Below are positions 47,252-55,737 of a stretch of 64,000 nucleotides of DNA, piece after piece (positions within the stretch are counted from its first letter, which is position 1; each line of letters begins with the position of its first letter). The translations under genes and the position numbers were made by a program. The stretch covers positions 70,189 to 134,188 of the forward strand of contig JAKAHV010000002.1 of the NCBI GenBank assembly GCA_021825295.1. Direction: 5' to 3'. Source of the stretch: Nitrospirota bacterium. GTDB taxonomy: Bacteria; Nitrospirota; Thermodesulfovibrionia; Thermodesulfovibrionales; JdFR-88. Under the pieces are notes generated by a model. It was given only the letters and a program-made list of their open reading frames with translations, had not been told where the DNA came from and did not search any database.

Positions 47252-47272
47252 CTTACAAACCTGAGCAAGAAA

Positions 47273-47551
47273 ATGCCTTTCTATGCGTATATCTTACAAA
47301 GCGAATCCTCGGGCGGTTATTATTGCGGATCAACTTCTGATATAGCCAGAAGGATTCAGCAGCATAACGACTCCAAATATAAGCTCACTTTGACTACGAA
47401 GCGTTTTCCTGGCCCCTGGAAGTTGATCTATTGCGAAGAACATTGCGATAGAAAGTCGGCTATGAAACGTGAAAAATACATCAAAGCAAGAGGTATTAGC
47501 CGTTTCCTGGCTGAATTTCAGCCGGCAGAGTCCCGCCCGAGGCGGGATTAA
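47273..47551 (+). CDS. Small stand-alone GIY-YIG nuclease-domain protein, copy 1
   Basis: FYAYILQSESSGGYYCGSTSDIARRIQQHN...KREKYIK fits the GIY...YIG...R...E pattern of YhbQ-like GIY-YIG proteins of 90-100 aa. The last 17 codons or so are read from tRNA-like DNA. Confidence 0.75.
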   Translation: MPFYAYILQSESSGGYYCGSTSDIARRIQQHNDSKYKLTLTTKRFPGPWKLIYCEEHCDRKSAMKREKYIKARGISRFLAEFQPAESRPRRD

Positions 47552-47586
47552 CCACTTGGTCGGGGGTTCGAGTCCCTCCCCAGGAG
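47505..47586 (+). other. tRNA-Asn-derived tRNA-like element 1 (acceptor and T arms kept, anticodon arm replaced by a GC hairpin)
   Basis: tcctggc...tcagccggcagag-tcccgcc cga ggcggga-tt-aaccacttggtcgggggttcgagtccctccccaggag. 37 nt at the 3' end and 13 nt of the D loop are identical to the tRNA. The D stem is destroyed and there is no anticodon loop. Confidence 0.7.
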
Positions 47587-47607
47587 CTTACAAACCTGAG
47601 CAAGAAA

Positions 47608-47886
47608 ATGCCTTTCTATGCGTATATCTTACAAAGCGAATCCTCGGGCGGTTATTATTGCGGATCAACTTCTGATATAGCCAGAAGGATTCAGCAGCAT
47701 AACGACTCCAAATATAAGCTCACTTTGACTACGAAGCGTTTTCCTGGCCCCTGGAAGTTGATCTATTGCGAAGAACATTGCGATAGAAAGTCGGCTATGA
47801 AACGTGAAAAATACATCAAAGCAAGAGGTATTAGCCGTTTCCTGGCTGAATTTCAGCCGGCAGAGTCCCGCCCGAGGCGGGATTAA
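47608..47886 (+). CDS. Small stand-alone GIY-YIG nuclease-domain protein, copy 2 (identical)
   Basis: Identical 92-aa translation to 47273-47551. Confidence 0.75.
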   Translation: MPFYAYILQSESSGGYYCGSTSDIARRIQQHNDSKYKLTLTTKRFPGPWKLIYCEEHCDRKSAMKREKYIKARGISRFLAEFQPAESRPRRD

Positions 47887-47921
47887 CCACTTGGTCGGGG
47901 GTTCGAGTCCCTCCCCAGGAG
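47840..47921 (+). other. tRNA-Asn-derived tRNA-like element 2
   Basis: Same sequence as 47505-47586, followed by a different flank (gttttcctctc). Confidence 0.7.
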
Positions 47922-47950
47922 TTTTCCTCTCTTGACTTTCAATTTCGGCT

Positions 47951-48171
47951 CTACCGGGTTTTCTGTGGGTATTTCCCCCTCCCTTGAGGGGGGGGGATGA
48001 AGGGGAGGGTGTTCTATGCTTCTGCAGCCGGTTCAGTATGTTGACCGCCGTCCAGCTCGATTACAATCTTCTTTGAGAGGAGATAACAGCCTTCCCCGCC
48101 CTCTCAACCCTGTGCCCCTGCCATCTTCCTCAGGAAAAACTATTTTAACCCATACTAAACCCTGAAGAGCC
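47951..48171 (-). repeat. Repeat family D copy 3 (ends conserved, middle replaced)
   Basis: It shares ctaccgggttttctgtgggtat..ccctcccttgaggg and gagataacagccttccccgccctctcaaccctgtgcccctgccatcttcctcagg...gaagagcc with 37934-38195. Confidence 0.6.
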
Positions 48172-48282
48172 TCAATTTCAATTTCCTGGGTGTCCGGTTT
48201 CGTTTCCTTTTCGCATGTACCCGAAGCGGCAGCCTCTTTTTTGTTATAATCCTCACCTGATGAGAGCGTTTCTGGTGCCGGG

Positions 48283-49011
48283 ATGAGACTTCCACAGCGG
48301 ATGAAATGGTCGCATGTAAGGCGGCTTTACGAGGCGATTGAGCCCCGCCTGAAGGCGTCTCCCGTAAAACTCGAAAAGCCCGACGGCGGCCGGGTCCTCG
48401 TCCTCGCGCCCCATATAGACGATGATGTAATCGGCTGCGGCGGGACACTGGCAAAACATGCCGCCGCCGGGGATGAGGTCATGGCCCTGTACTTCGCCGA
48501 TTGCACGCAACCCCGGATACTGGAAGCAAAAGCCGCGGCCTCCATTATTGGCATCGGCAGGCTCGAGTTTCTGGAATTCGGCTCCAAGCAACTTTACGGC
48601 CGCCGGAGGGAGGCGGCGCAAAAACTGAAGGAAACATTTGAAAAATTCAGGCCGCATACGGTGTATCTGCCCTCCCTGTTTGACCGGCACAACGACCATC
48701 TTGCCGTAAACCACATCCTCTGCGGCCTTTTCGGTGAGACGCGCCTCGACTTTACCGTCTGCTCATATGAGGTCTGGACCCCCCTTGTGCCGAATCTTGT
48801 CGTGGACGTAACCTCCACGATGGACAAAAAAAGAGAGGCCATCTCCAAATACGCCAGCCAGCTTGCCTCCAACGACTGGCTTGACGCGGCTGTCTGCCTT
48901 AACCGCTACCGTGCCGTGGTCTGCGGAGCTGGCCGGTATGCAGAGGTTTTTTTCATGCAATCGATGGAAAAATACTTCGATCTCTGGAGGGATGTTTACC
49001 CCGGTGTCTAG
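48283..49011 (+). CDS. PIG-L/LmbE-family deacetylase
   Basis: VLVLAPHIDDDVIGCGGTLAKH matches the (A)HPDD-x-GxGG signature region. Confidence 0.75.
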   Translation: MRLPQRMKWSHVRRLYEAIEPRLKASPVKLEKPDGGRVLVLAPHIDDDVIGCGGTLAKHAAAGDEVMALYFADCTQPRILEAKAAASIIGIGRLEFLEFGSKQLYGRRREAAQKLKETFEKFRPHTVYLPSLFDRHNDHLAVNHILCGLFGETRLDFTVCSYEVWTPLVPNLVVDVTSTMDKKREAISKYASQLASNDWLDAAVCLNRYRAVVCGAGRYAEVFFMQSMEKYFDLWRDVYPGV

Positions 49012-49027
49012 GAGGCCGCTTACGATA

Positions 49028-50140
49028 ATGAACCTCCTTTCAGGCGGCGGAATGGGCGGAGCCGACATACTCGCCCTGGACATCTCGAAAGCGCTCAAAA
49101 AAAATGGGCATGCGGTCATATTCGGCTGCCCGGGGGACAACGCGCTTGCCCCGGCGGCAGAGGCCGCGGGGCTCAGGCTTTTTATCCTCGACCGCCAGGA
49201 GATCACGGATTTTGACGCCCTGGGCTCTTTCATAAGGTTTTGCCGGGACGAAAAGGTGGACATCATTAACGCCCATCACTCCAGGGGCAGGCATTTTCTG
49301 GCCGCGGCAAGGTATCTGGGGCTGAAATCGAAAACCGTCTTCACGAGGCACTGCCTTTGCGGCGGGCTTCCCCTGCTGGGGCTTTTCTTACACAACTTCG
49401 CGGCCGACTTGAACATAGCGGTCAGCCGGGCCGTAAGGAAAAGCCTCCTTGTTGGCGGCATGCTGCCCGGCAGGGTGAAGACCGTATACGGCGGGATCGA
49501 CATTGAAAGGTTCGAGAACGTCCCTCAGGCCCTGGTTGAAGAGGCCAGGGGGAAATACGCCCGCCCCGGCGTCTTCAATATAGGCATCGTCGGGAGGTTT
49601 CAGGAGGCCTCGCTAAGGACGGACAAGCCCTCAATGAAAAGGCACGAGGTGCTCTTCCGCGCGCTGGCGGGGCTGAAGATGGATTTTAACCTCCTTGTGC
49701 TGGGGCCCTCGGACAGGAGGTCGCTTGAAATAATGATGGATTTGGCCCGATATCACGGCCTCGATGGGGAAAAGATCACGCCATGCGGGTTTCAGGCCGA
49801 CCCCTCCCCTTTCTACAAGCTGATGGACATAAACGTTCTGCCCTCCCCAAGGGAGGGGCTGGGGCTTGCGCTGATAGAGGCTATGGCGGCGGGGGTGCCC
49901 TGCATCGGGGCGGACGGCGGAGGCATCAGGGAGATAATAACCGACGGCAGGGACGGTTTTCTCATAAGGCCGGGCGACAGCCGGCAGTTGGCCGGGAAAA
50001 TCGGGCTCCTCCTGAATGACGCGGGCCTGAGGGCGGCATTCATTGAGGCGGGCAGGAAAAAGGCAAGGGAGCTTTTTGACATCCGCGAGAATGTAGGGCT
50101 CCTTGAAGACGCCTTTTACGGGATCCTGCCGGCCCGCTGA
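49028..50140 (+). CDS. Glycosyltransferase family 4 (GT-B, retaining)
   Basis: Start at MNLLSGGGMGGAD. PSPREGLGLALIEAMAAGVPCIGADGGGIREII carries the E-x7-E region. Confidence 0.75.
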   Translation: MNLLSGGGMGGADILALDISKALKKNGHAVIFGCPGDNALAPAAEAAGLRLFILDRQEITDFDALGSFIRFCRDEKVDIINAHHSRGRHFLAAARYLGLKSKTVFTRHCLCGGLPLLGLFLHNFAADLNIAVSRAVRKSLLVGGMLPGRVKTVYGGIDIERFENVPQALVEEARGKYARPGVFNIGIVGRFQEASLRTDKPSMKRHEVLFRALAGLKMDFNLLVLGPSDRRSLEIMMDLARYHGLDGEKITPCGFQADPSPFYKLMDINVLPSPREGLGLALIEAMAAGVPCIGADGGGIREIITDGRDGFLIRPGDSRQLAGKIGLLLNDAGLRAAFIEAGRKKARELFDIRENVGLLEDAFYGILPAR

Positions 50141-50323
50141 AGCATGGCCGCAGCAGGCAGATGCGCCCCGCATCCCGGCGAGACCTTGTATTGAGATTTT
50201 AAGTTTCAATGCGTTATTCTATCTACAGGGGAAAAATCCGTGTCGTTTCTGGAGCATTCTTATTAATAATTTTGGTTAAGGGTTGATGCGCATTTTTACA
50301 ATGAAAGTGCGAAACGGACCGGC

Positions 50324-51784
50324 ATGGAAATAAAATCGCTGCCACGGAACGAGGACTGGTTCGGAAGGATCTTTGAGGACAACCCGGCGGGCATGATAAT
50401 AGCCGGCCTGGACCTGGGCTATATCAGGGCCAACCCTGCCTTTTGCCGCGCGACCGGGTATGCTGATGAGGACCTCCGCGGCCTGCGCATTACGGACATC
50501 GTCCACTCCGGCGACCGTGAGGCCGCGGCTGATATGCTGGAGCGGCTTCTTAAGGATGAGATATCCTGCGCGCGGCTTGAAAAGCGATACGTGAAAAAAA
50601 ACGGGGGTCTTTTATGGGGCAACACCATGTTTTACCCCGCGCGTGACGCCCTGGGCAAGCAGCTTTACCTGATCGGGATGGTCGAAGACATCACCGAAAG
50701 GAAGCAGGCGGAGGAAGACAGGGCGCTGCTTTCCGCGGCGGTCTCCTCTTCGTCCGACGCCGTGGTCATAGCGGCCACCAGCGGCAAGATACGCTATGTC
50801 AACTGGGCATTCGAAAAGATAACGGGATATCAGAAAAAAGAGGTTTTGGGCGCCAATCTGAAAGACCTGGCAAAAAAAACCGGACAGGCCTGTTGTTTTC
50901 CGGACGCCTTTGATGAGACCGTCAGGACCGGCAATCTCTGGACCGGGACCACCGCCGGCACAAGAAAAGACGGCACGCCTTATACCGTCGAGGATACAAT
51001 CGCCCCCGTCAGAAATCGTGCCGGAAAGGTCGTAAACATGATAGTCATGAAGAGGGACATAACGGAAAAGCTGCGCCTGGAGTCCATTGCCGAGGCGGTC
51101 AACACGATGGACAACATAGGCTACATATTCTCCGGCATAAGGCACGAGATAGGCAACCCGGTAAGCTCCGTGAAAATGGCCCTGAGCGTCCTTCGCAGCA
51201 AACTCGACGACGGCTGCACAAGGGAGCTTATAGACAAATACCTGGACAGGGCCATGGCCGAGCTCTCCAGGATGGAATATCTTCTGAAGGCCATGAAGAG
51301 CTTCAATATATATGAATCTCCCGACATCAGGGACATGGACATGACGGCCTTCACAGACAATCTCGGGAGCCTGCTTGTAGAGGATTTCAAAAAAAAGGGC
51401 ATACAGATCGGGGTCATGGTGCAGCCCGGGGCCGGCTGCGCCCATGCGGACCCGAGGGCGCTCCAGCAGGTCCTGCTGAACATAATCACCAACGCCGCCG
51501 ACGCCCTTGAGGGCAGGCCCGCCCCGAGGATAGACATAAAGGTGATGAAAATGGCCGGCCGGATACTCGTACACGTGGAGGACAACGGGTGCGGGATGCC
51601 GCCGAAGCAGGTCAAGGACGCCTTCAGGCCCTTTTACACCACAAAGCCGAACGGCACCGGGCTGGGGCTCATGCTGGCCAAAAAGATGATCACCAGGATG
51701 AAGGGCACCATCGAGATTTCAAGCGAACAGGGCGTGGGCACCGCCGTGGACATATTCATTCCGGAGGGTACGGATGGAAAATAA
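50324..51784 (+). CDS. PAS-domain sensor histidine kinase
   Basis: Two PAS-like modules, an H-box GIRHEIGNPV, and the ATPase blocks NAADAL, DNGCGM and GTGLGL. Confidence 0.85.
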   Translation: MEIKSLPRNEDWFGRIFEDNPAGMIIAGLDLGYIRANPAFCRATGYADEDLRGLRITDIVHSGDREAAADMLERLLKDEISCARLEKRYVKKNGGLLWGNTMFYPARDALGKQLYLIGMVEDITERKQAEEDRALLSAAVSSSSDAVVIAATSGKIRYVNWAFEKITGYQKKEVLGANLKDLAKKTGQACCFPDAFDETVRTGNLWTGTTAGTRKDGTPYTVEDTIAPVRNRAGKVVNMIVMKRDITEKLRLESIAEAVNTMDNIGYIFSGIRHEIGNPVSSVKMALSVLRSKLDDGCTRELIDKYLDRAMAELSRMEYLLKAMKSFNIYESPDIRDMDMTAFTDNLGSLLVEDFKKKGIQIGVMVQPGAGCAHADPRALQQVLLNIITNAADALEGRPAPRIDIKVMKMAGRILVHVEDNGCGMPPKQVKDAFRPFYTTKPNGTGLGLMLAKKMITRMKGTIEISSEQGVGTAVDIFIPEGTDGK

Positions 51785-53156
51785 ACCGGGTAGAAAAATC
51801 CTGATAATCGATGACGACAAGACCTTCTGCCAGTCCCTCAGGGAGTACCTGGAACAGGACTCCCTCAGCGTCATGGTCGCCAACACGGGGGCCGAGGGGC
51901 TTTCCGCCAGTTCCGCGGGCGATATCGATGTCGTCCTGCTGGACCAGAAACTGCCCGATGTGGAAGGCGATTCGCTCTGCACCTCCCTTCTCAATTACAA
52001 CGAACAGACCAAGATCATTTTCATCACCGCCCATGCCAGCTACGAAGGCGCCGTGAAGGCGATAAAGTCCGGGGCCTTCAACTACCTCACCAAGCCGTTC
52101 GAGCTGGCGGAGCTGGACCACGCGATAGAGCACGCCCTGCGGACAACCGAGCTTGAAAATGTCGAGCAGATACATAAATACCGAAGCGCCAAGGAGAGCG
52201 AAGAGGCGGTGCTCGTAGGCGAAAAGGGCGGCCTCGCCTCGATTTCAAATCTTATCGAATCGGCTGCCTCAACCATGGCCCCGGTGCTTATCACCGGAGA
52301 GACCGGCACAGGCAAAAACGTGATCACCAAGGCCATACATTACAGGAGCCCGCTCAGGCGGGCCCCCTTCATCAGCATAAACTGCGCCGCGCTCCCTGAG
52401 AACCTGATAGAATCGGAGCTCTTCGGCTACCAGAAGGGGGCCTTCACAGGCGCTGTCTCCGCGAAGAAAAGCATTTTCGAGATGGCCGAAGGCGGCACCC
52501 TGCTTCTGGATGAGATCGGGGAGATGCCCCTGCACCTGCAGTCCAAACTGCTGGGGGTCCTCGAGGACCATAAGATACGCCGGCTGGGCAGCGAGCTGAT
52601 AAGGACCGTAAACGTCCGCATAATAGCCGCAACGGGCAAGGACCTGGAAAAGTGCCTCGGCGAGAGTTTCAGGAAAGACCTTTACTTCCGCCTGAGCGTC
52701 ATACGCGTACATGTGCCTCCGCTCAGAGACCGCAAAGAGGACATACCGGCGCTGTTCGATTACTTCCTGTCGAAAATTCCTGGCGGCAGGGAGATGGTCT
52801 TCCCGGAACCGGAACTGAAAAAATGCATCGAGTACCCCTGGCCTGGAAACATTCGCGAGCTTAAAAACATAATCGAACGCTCGGTGATACTCCAGAAAAA
52901 TTCCGGGGTGCTCAGGCCCTCCGAACTCCTGGCCTGTCCGTCCGAATGGGAAGGAGGACAGCCGGCCGCGCCGGGAGATGGCGCAGTGGCCGCCGCCACC
53001 CCCGGGGAGGACCTGCTCAGCCTGGCCGAGGTGGAAAAAAATTATATCAGACACGCCCTTTCCAGACTTTCAGACAACCTGACAAGAACCGCAAAGGCCC
53101 TCGGCATCTCGCTGTCCACCCTTAAGAGAAAAGTGAAAGAATATGGGCTAAAATGA
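51774..53156 (+). CDS. Sigma-54-dependent response regulator (NtrC family)
   Basis: Receiver domain, AAA+ GETGTGKNV, GAFTGA (ESELFGYQKGAFTGA), and a C-terminal Fis-type HTH. It overlaps the kinase gene by 11 nt. Confidence 0.9.
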   Translation: MENKPGRKILIIDDDKTFCQSLREYLEQDSLSVMVANTGAEGLSASSAGDIDVVLLDQKLPDVEGDSLCTSLLNYNEQTKIIFITAHASYEGAVKAIKSGAFNYLTKPFELAELDHAIEHALRTTELENVEQIHKYRSAKESEEAVLVGEKGGLASISNLIESAASTMAPVLITGETGTGKNVITKAIHYRSPLRRAPFISINCAALPENLIESELFGYQKGAFTGAVSAKKSIFEMAEGGTLLLDEIGEMPLHLQSKLLGVLEDHKIRRLGSELIRTVNVRIIAATGKDLEKCLGESFRKDLYFRLSVIRVHVPPLRDRKEDIPALFDYFLSKIPGGREMVFPEPELKKCIEYPWPGNIRELKNIIERSVILQKNSGVLRPSELLACPSEWEGGQPAAPGDGAVAAATPGEDLLSLAEVEKNYIRHALSRLSDNLTRTAKALGISLSTLKRKVKEYGLK

Positions 53157-53162
53157 CCCGCT

Positions 53163-53177
53163 GGTTCAAAATGAACC
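53163..53177. promoter_or_regulatory. Perfect palindrome GGTTCA-AAA-TGAACC, candidate activator site
   Basis: Read directly. It lies about 90 nt upstream of the sigma-54 promoter at 53267. Confidence 0.3.
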
Positions 53178-53266
53178 ATCCAAACAATTCACTCCAAGAT
53201 CGGTCCGCCCTGGCGTAGCCTTTGAAACTCCCCGTTTTTTAAAGTAAAAATTTAAAACCCGCAAGC

Positions 53267-53282
53267 TGGCATCCTATTTGCA
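53267..53282 (+). promoter_or_regulatory. Sigma-54 promoter candidate
   Basis: TGGCATCCTATTTGCA is a near-consensus -24/-12 element with exact spacing, 17 nt before ATG 53299. Confidence 0.7.
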
Positions 53283-53298
53283 CTATTACTGTTAATCC

Positions 53299-53769
53299 AT
53301 GAATGCTACAGACGCCGGCATAAAGAATATATTGTTGGTGGACGACGAAAAGTCGTTTCTGCTGAGTCTTGCGGAAGGGCTGAAGGATTCCGGGGTGGGG
53401 CTCGGAATACTAACGGCTGAAAACGGCAGGCAGGCGCTTGAGGCATTCAGGGCCGGCTCCAGGATAGACCTTCTGGTCACCGATTTAAAAATGCCGGAGA
53501 TGAACGGTTTCGAGTTGCTGGCTTCCGTGGAAAAGGATTTCCCCGGAACCAGGGTCATCGTGCTTACCGCTTTCGTTACGCCGGAGATCGACGAGCAGTT
53601 AAAGGCAATCAGGGATTACGTTTGCATCGAGAAGCCTGTGGAGTTCGATGAATTGAGGCGCAGGATAATGTATGAACTTGGCTTTGTCCCCGGGCAGGGG
53701 GAGATGTTCGGCATTAAAGAAGACTCCGGGCGGTTCGAATTTTTAACTGAAACTTATCTAGCGCCGTAA
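53299..53769 (+). CDS. Single-domain response regulator (CheY-like)
   Basis: ILLVDDE...IDLLVTDLKMPEMNGFELL...IEKP receiver motifs; 156 aa. Confidence 0.8.
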   Translation: MNATDAGIKNILLVDDEKSFLLSLAEGLKDSGVGLGILTAENGRQALEAFRAGSRIDLLVTDLKMPEMNGFELLASVEKDFPGTRVIVLTAFVTPEIDEQLKAIRDYVCIEKPVEFDELRRRIMYELGFVPGQGEMFGIKEDSGRFEFLTETYLAP

Positions 53770-53794
53770 TCGCGGCGAATTCAAGGGGGTTGCA

Positions 53795-54067
53795 ATGAGA
53801 GAAACCTACGAGGGCAATTTGGCTTTGTTGGATGCCGTAAGGCTGCCAAATGACACGATGTACAAGAAGAGCGTGAAGAGCCTCGCTGAGGCCATCATCC
53901 TTCAGTCGATGGAAGACTTCTGGAGCAACGCTTACAGGCAGGAAAGCATCGAGTTCTTCAAGGGTGAGGGCTTCAAGGTCTGTGCGGAGATCGCCGGAAT
54001 GGGGCATGACGAGCAGTCAAAGGTGCTGGAGATGCTGGCGGGCGGCATGAGCGAAGTGTTGCACTGA
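53795..54067 (+). CDS. Hypothetical protein (90 aa)
   Basis: ORF with aaggggg upstream, sandwiched within the sigma-54-driven unit. No family recognised. Confidence 0.4.
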   Translation: MRETYEGNLALLDAVRLPNDTMYKKSVKSLAEAIILQSMEDFWSNAYRQESIEFFKGEGFKVCAEIAGMGHDEQSKVLEMLAGGMSEVLH

Positions 54068-54100
54068 TTCTAAAAATAATAAAGCGGGAGGACTCAAATA

Positions 54101-54307
54101 GTGTTCAAGATGAATTGCTGGGATTACTGGAAATGCTCGCGCGAGCAAAAAAGCGGCTGCCCCGCTTACCCGAACGCCGGAAGGGTCTGTTTCGTCGTCG
54201 AGGGCACGCGGTGCGACGGGTCGATGCAGGGTGCGTATGCCCAGAAGATAAGCGGCTGCAGGGGATGCGAATTCTACAAGGGAATGATAATAACGAAAAG
54301 CCTTTGA
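54101..54307 (+). CDS. Cys-rich small protein, possibly a two-CW-type domain
   Basis: MFKMNCWDYWKCSREQKSGCPAY...CFVVEGTRCDG...CRGCEFY has 7 Cys in 68 aa. The NCW(D/E)xxKC...CPA opening resembles my memory of the two-CW domain. GTG start 9 nt after gggagga. Confidence 0.45.
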   Translation: MFKMNCWDYWKCSREQKSGCPAYPNAGRVCFVVEGTRCDGSMQGAYAQKISGCRGCEFYKGMIITKSL

Positions 54308-54360
54308 CGGCATGAAATCCCTTGTAAACCCCGCGGGACAAAGCGCGGGAGGACAAAAAA

Positions 54361-54386
54361 ACGCCCGAACCGTTGCGGGCGTTTTT
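54361..54386 (+). terminator. Rho-independent (bidirectional-looking) terminator
   Basis: 7-bp stem acgcccg/cgggcgt, flanked by AAAAAAA upstream and TTTTT downstream. Confidence 0.7.
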
Positions 54387-54444
54387 ATTGATATGCCCGC
54401 GGCCAGGGGACTGGGCAATTTCAAATATGTGTGACCAAATTCAC

Positions 54445-54474
54445 TTGACGCAAAAAACGCTTTTTTTGTAGTAT
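54445..54474 (+). promoter_or_regulatory. Sigma-70 promoter candidate
   Basis: TTGACG-N18-TAGTAT lies about 60 nt upstream of ATG 54537. Confidence 0.5.
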
Positions 54475-54536
54475 CTTTGCAAAGCCGTGACGTAATTCGT
54501 GAATATCTCTCCAGTTCCGAAGGAGGCGTATTAAAC

Positions 54537-54926
54537 ATGAGAGTGCCTTTTATGCGTCAGGTTTCATGGTATCTTGTTTTCGCGATGTTCGTTATCGGCA
54601 TAGCTCCCCGGGTGGAGGCCAGCTTTTCTCCTTCCGGACTTGTAGCGCTGCCGCAGTTCGACAGGGCGCAGGACCTTAATAAAATCCAGCAGGCGCTTGA
54701 GGGCAAAATGGTGGCCAGGCGTCTCGCGGACCTCGGCTTTACAAAGGCGGAGATCAACTCCAGGCTCTCTCAGCTCAGCGACGCCCAGTTGCACCAGGTC
54801 GCGCAGAAGCTGGACAAATTAAAGACCGGCGGCGACGGGTTCGAGTTCCTCATTGCCCTGCTGATCGTGGTTGTGCTGGTGATATTGATCCTCCAGATGA
54901 CGGGACACAGGGTAATAGTAAGATAG
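54537..54926 (+). CDS. PA2779-like small secreted/membrane protein
   Basis: Start ATG 54537 after GAAGGAGG. Signal peptide, helical middle (KIQQALEGKMVARRLADLGFTKAEINSRL), and a C-terminal TM. It is followed by a C39-like peptidase, as in the PA2778/PA2779 pairing I recall. Confidence 0.45.
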   Translation: MRVPFMRQVSWYLVFAMFVIGIAPRVEASFSPSGLVALPQFDRAQDLNKIQQALEGKMVARRLADLGFTKAEINSRLSQLSDAQLHQVAQKLDKLKTGGDGFEFLIALLIVVVLVILILQMTGHRVIVR

Positions 54927-55098
54927 CGCGCCGCTTGAAAGCCTTTTGGTCTTGAAAACGCAGATCATTTTCGCTCAAGGTTCAGACAGACGCAGAAGCA
55001 ATCCGGGCGCCTTGCGGCGCCCGTTTATCTTATCGATCACCGCCGCGAGGCGTCCGTTATCGGTAGCCGCCGAGTTTTACCTGGCGGCCCGCGCCTTC

Positions 55099-55737
55099 AT
55101 GCGCCAGGAAGCGATCCGTGCCGCATCGCTCTTCCTGGTGCCGGCCTTGCTCCTGGCCTCCTGCGCCGCAACAGGCCTGAAAGTCCCCGCGCAGAGCGTC
55201 ACGGATGGGGCCCGCGTCCTCGAAAAGGTCCCTTTCTATCCGCAGAAAGAGCACCAGTGCGGCCCCTCATCGCTTGCGGAGGTCCTGAATTACTACGGAG
55301 CAAAAACTGACGCGGCCGCGATTGCCCGCGCCATTTACAGCAGGACTGCCCGGGGGACCCTCGATATGGACATGCCCATTTACGCCGTCAGGGCCGGATT
55401 CAGGGCAAGGCAGTACCGGGGCACGGTGCAGGACATCAGGAAAGAGATAGCCGGCGGGCGGCCCCTTGTTGTATTTGTGGATTACGGGTTCTGGGTTTAC
55501 CAGCGGGGGCATTTCATGGTTGTAGTCGGGTACGACAAGGACGGCGTCATCGTCCATACGGAAGATACCCCCTTCAAACATGTGGACTGGCGTTCATTCC
55601 TGGGCACGTGGAAGAAAACCGGCTACTGGACGCTTCTTATAACTCCGAAGGAGAGCGGATCTAAACTGAATGTGCCCCGGGGGCGGACGGCGGGCCCGGA
55701 TGCCGCCCGGGTCTTTAATGAAGGAGGCGCAAGATGA
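55099..55737 (+). CDS. C39-like (PA2778-type) cysteine peptidase lipoprotein
   Basis: Lipobox LLASC. FYPQKEHQCGPSSLAEVLNYYG carries the catalytic-Cys block typical of papain-like C39 domains, with a later GHFMVVVGYD His block. Confidence 0.6.
   Translation: MRQEAIRAASLFLVPALLLASCAATGLKVPAQSVTDGARVLEKVPFYPQKEHQCGPSSLAEVLNYYGAKTDAAAIARAIYSRTARGTLDMDMPIYAVRAGFRARQYRGTVQDIRKEIAGGRPLVVFVDYGFWVYQRGHFMVVVGYDKDGVIVHTEDTPFKHVDWRSFLGTWKKTGYWTLLITPKESGSKLNVPRGRTAGPDAARVFNEGGAR

Larger units (their letters stand above)
47252..47921 (+). repeat. Perfect tandem duplication, 2 x 335 bp (units 47252-47586 and 47587-47921)
   Basis: Both units read identically and the two 92-aa ORF translations are identical. 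Each unit is a GIY-YIG ORF plus a degenerate tRNA-Asn copy. The units are visibly AT-richer than the flanks. Confidence 0.9.

Noticed and set aside
47252-47921. Possibility that the tandem repeat is a CRISPR array or a tRNA group I intron
   Set aside because: There are two long 335-bp units, each containing an ORF, with no short direct repeats or unique spacers. The first tRNA copy is uninterrupted, so there is no exon-intron-exon arrangement.
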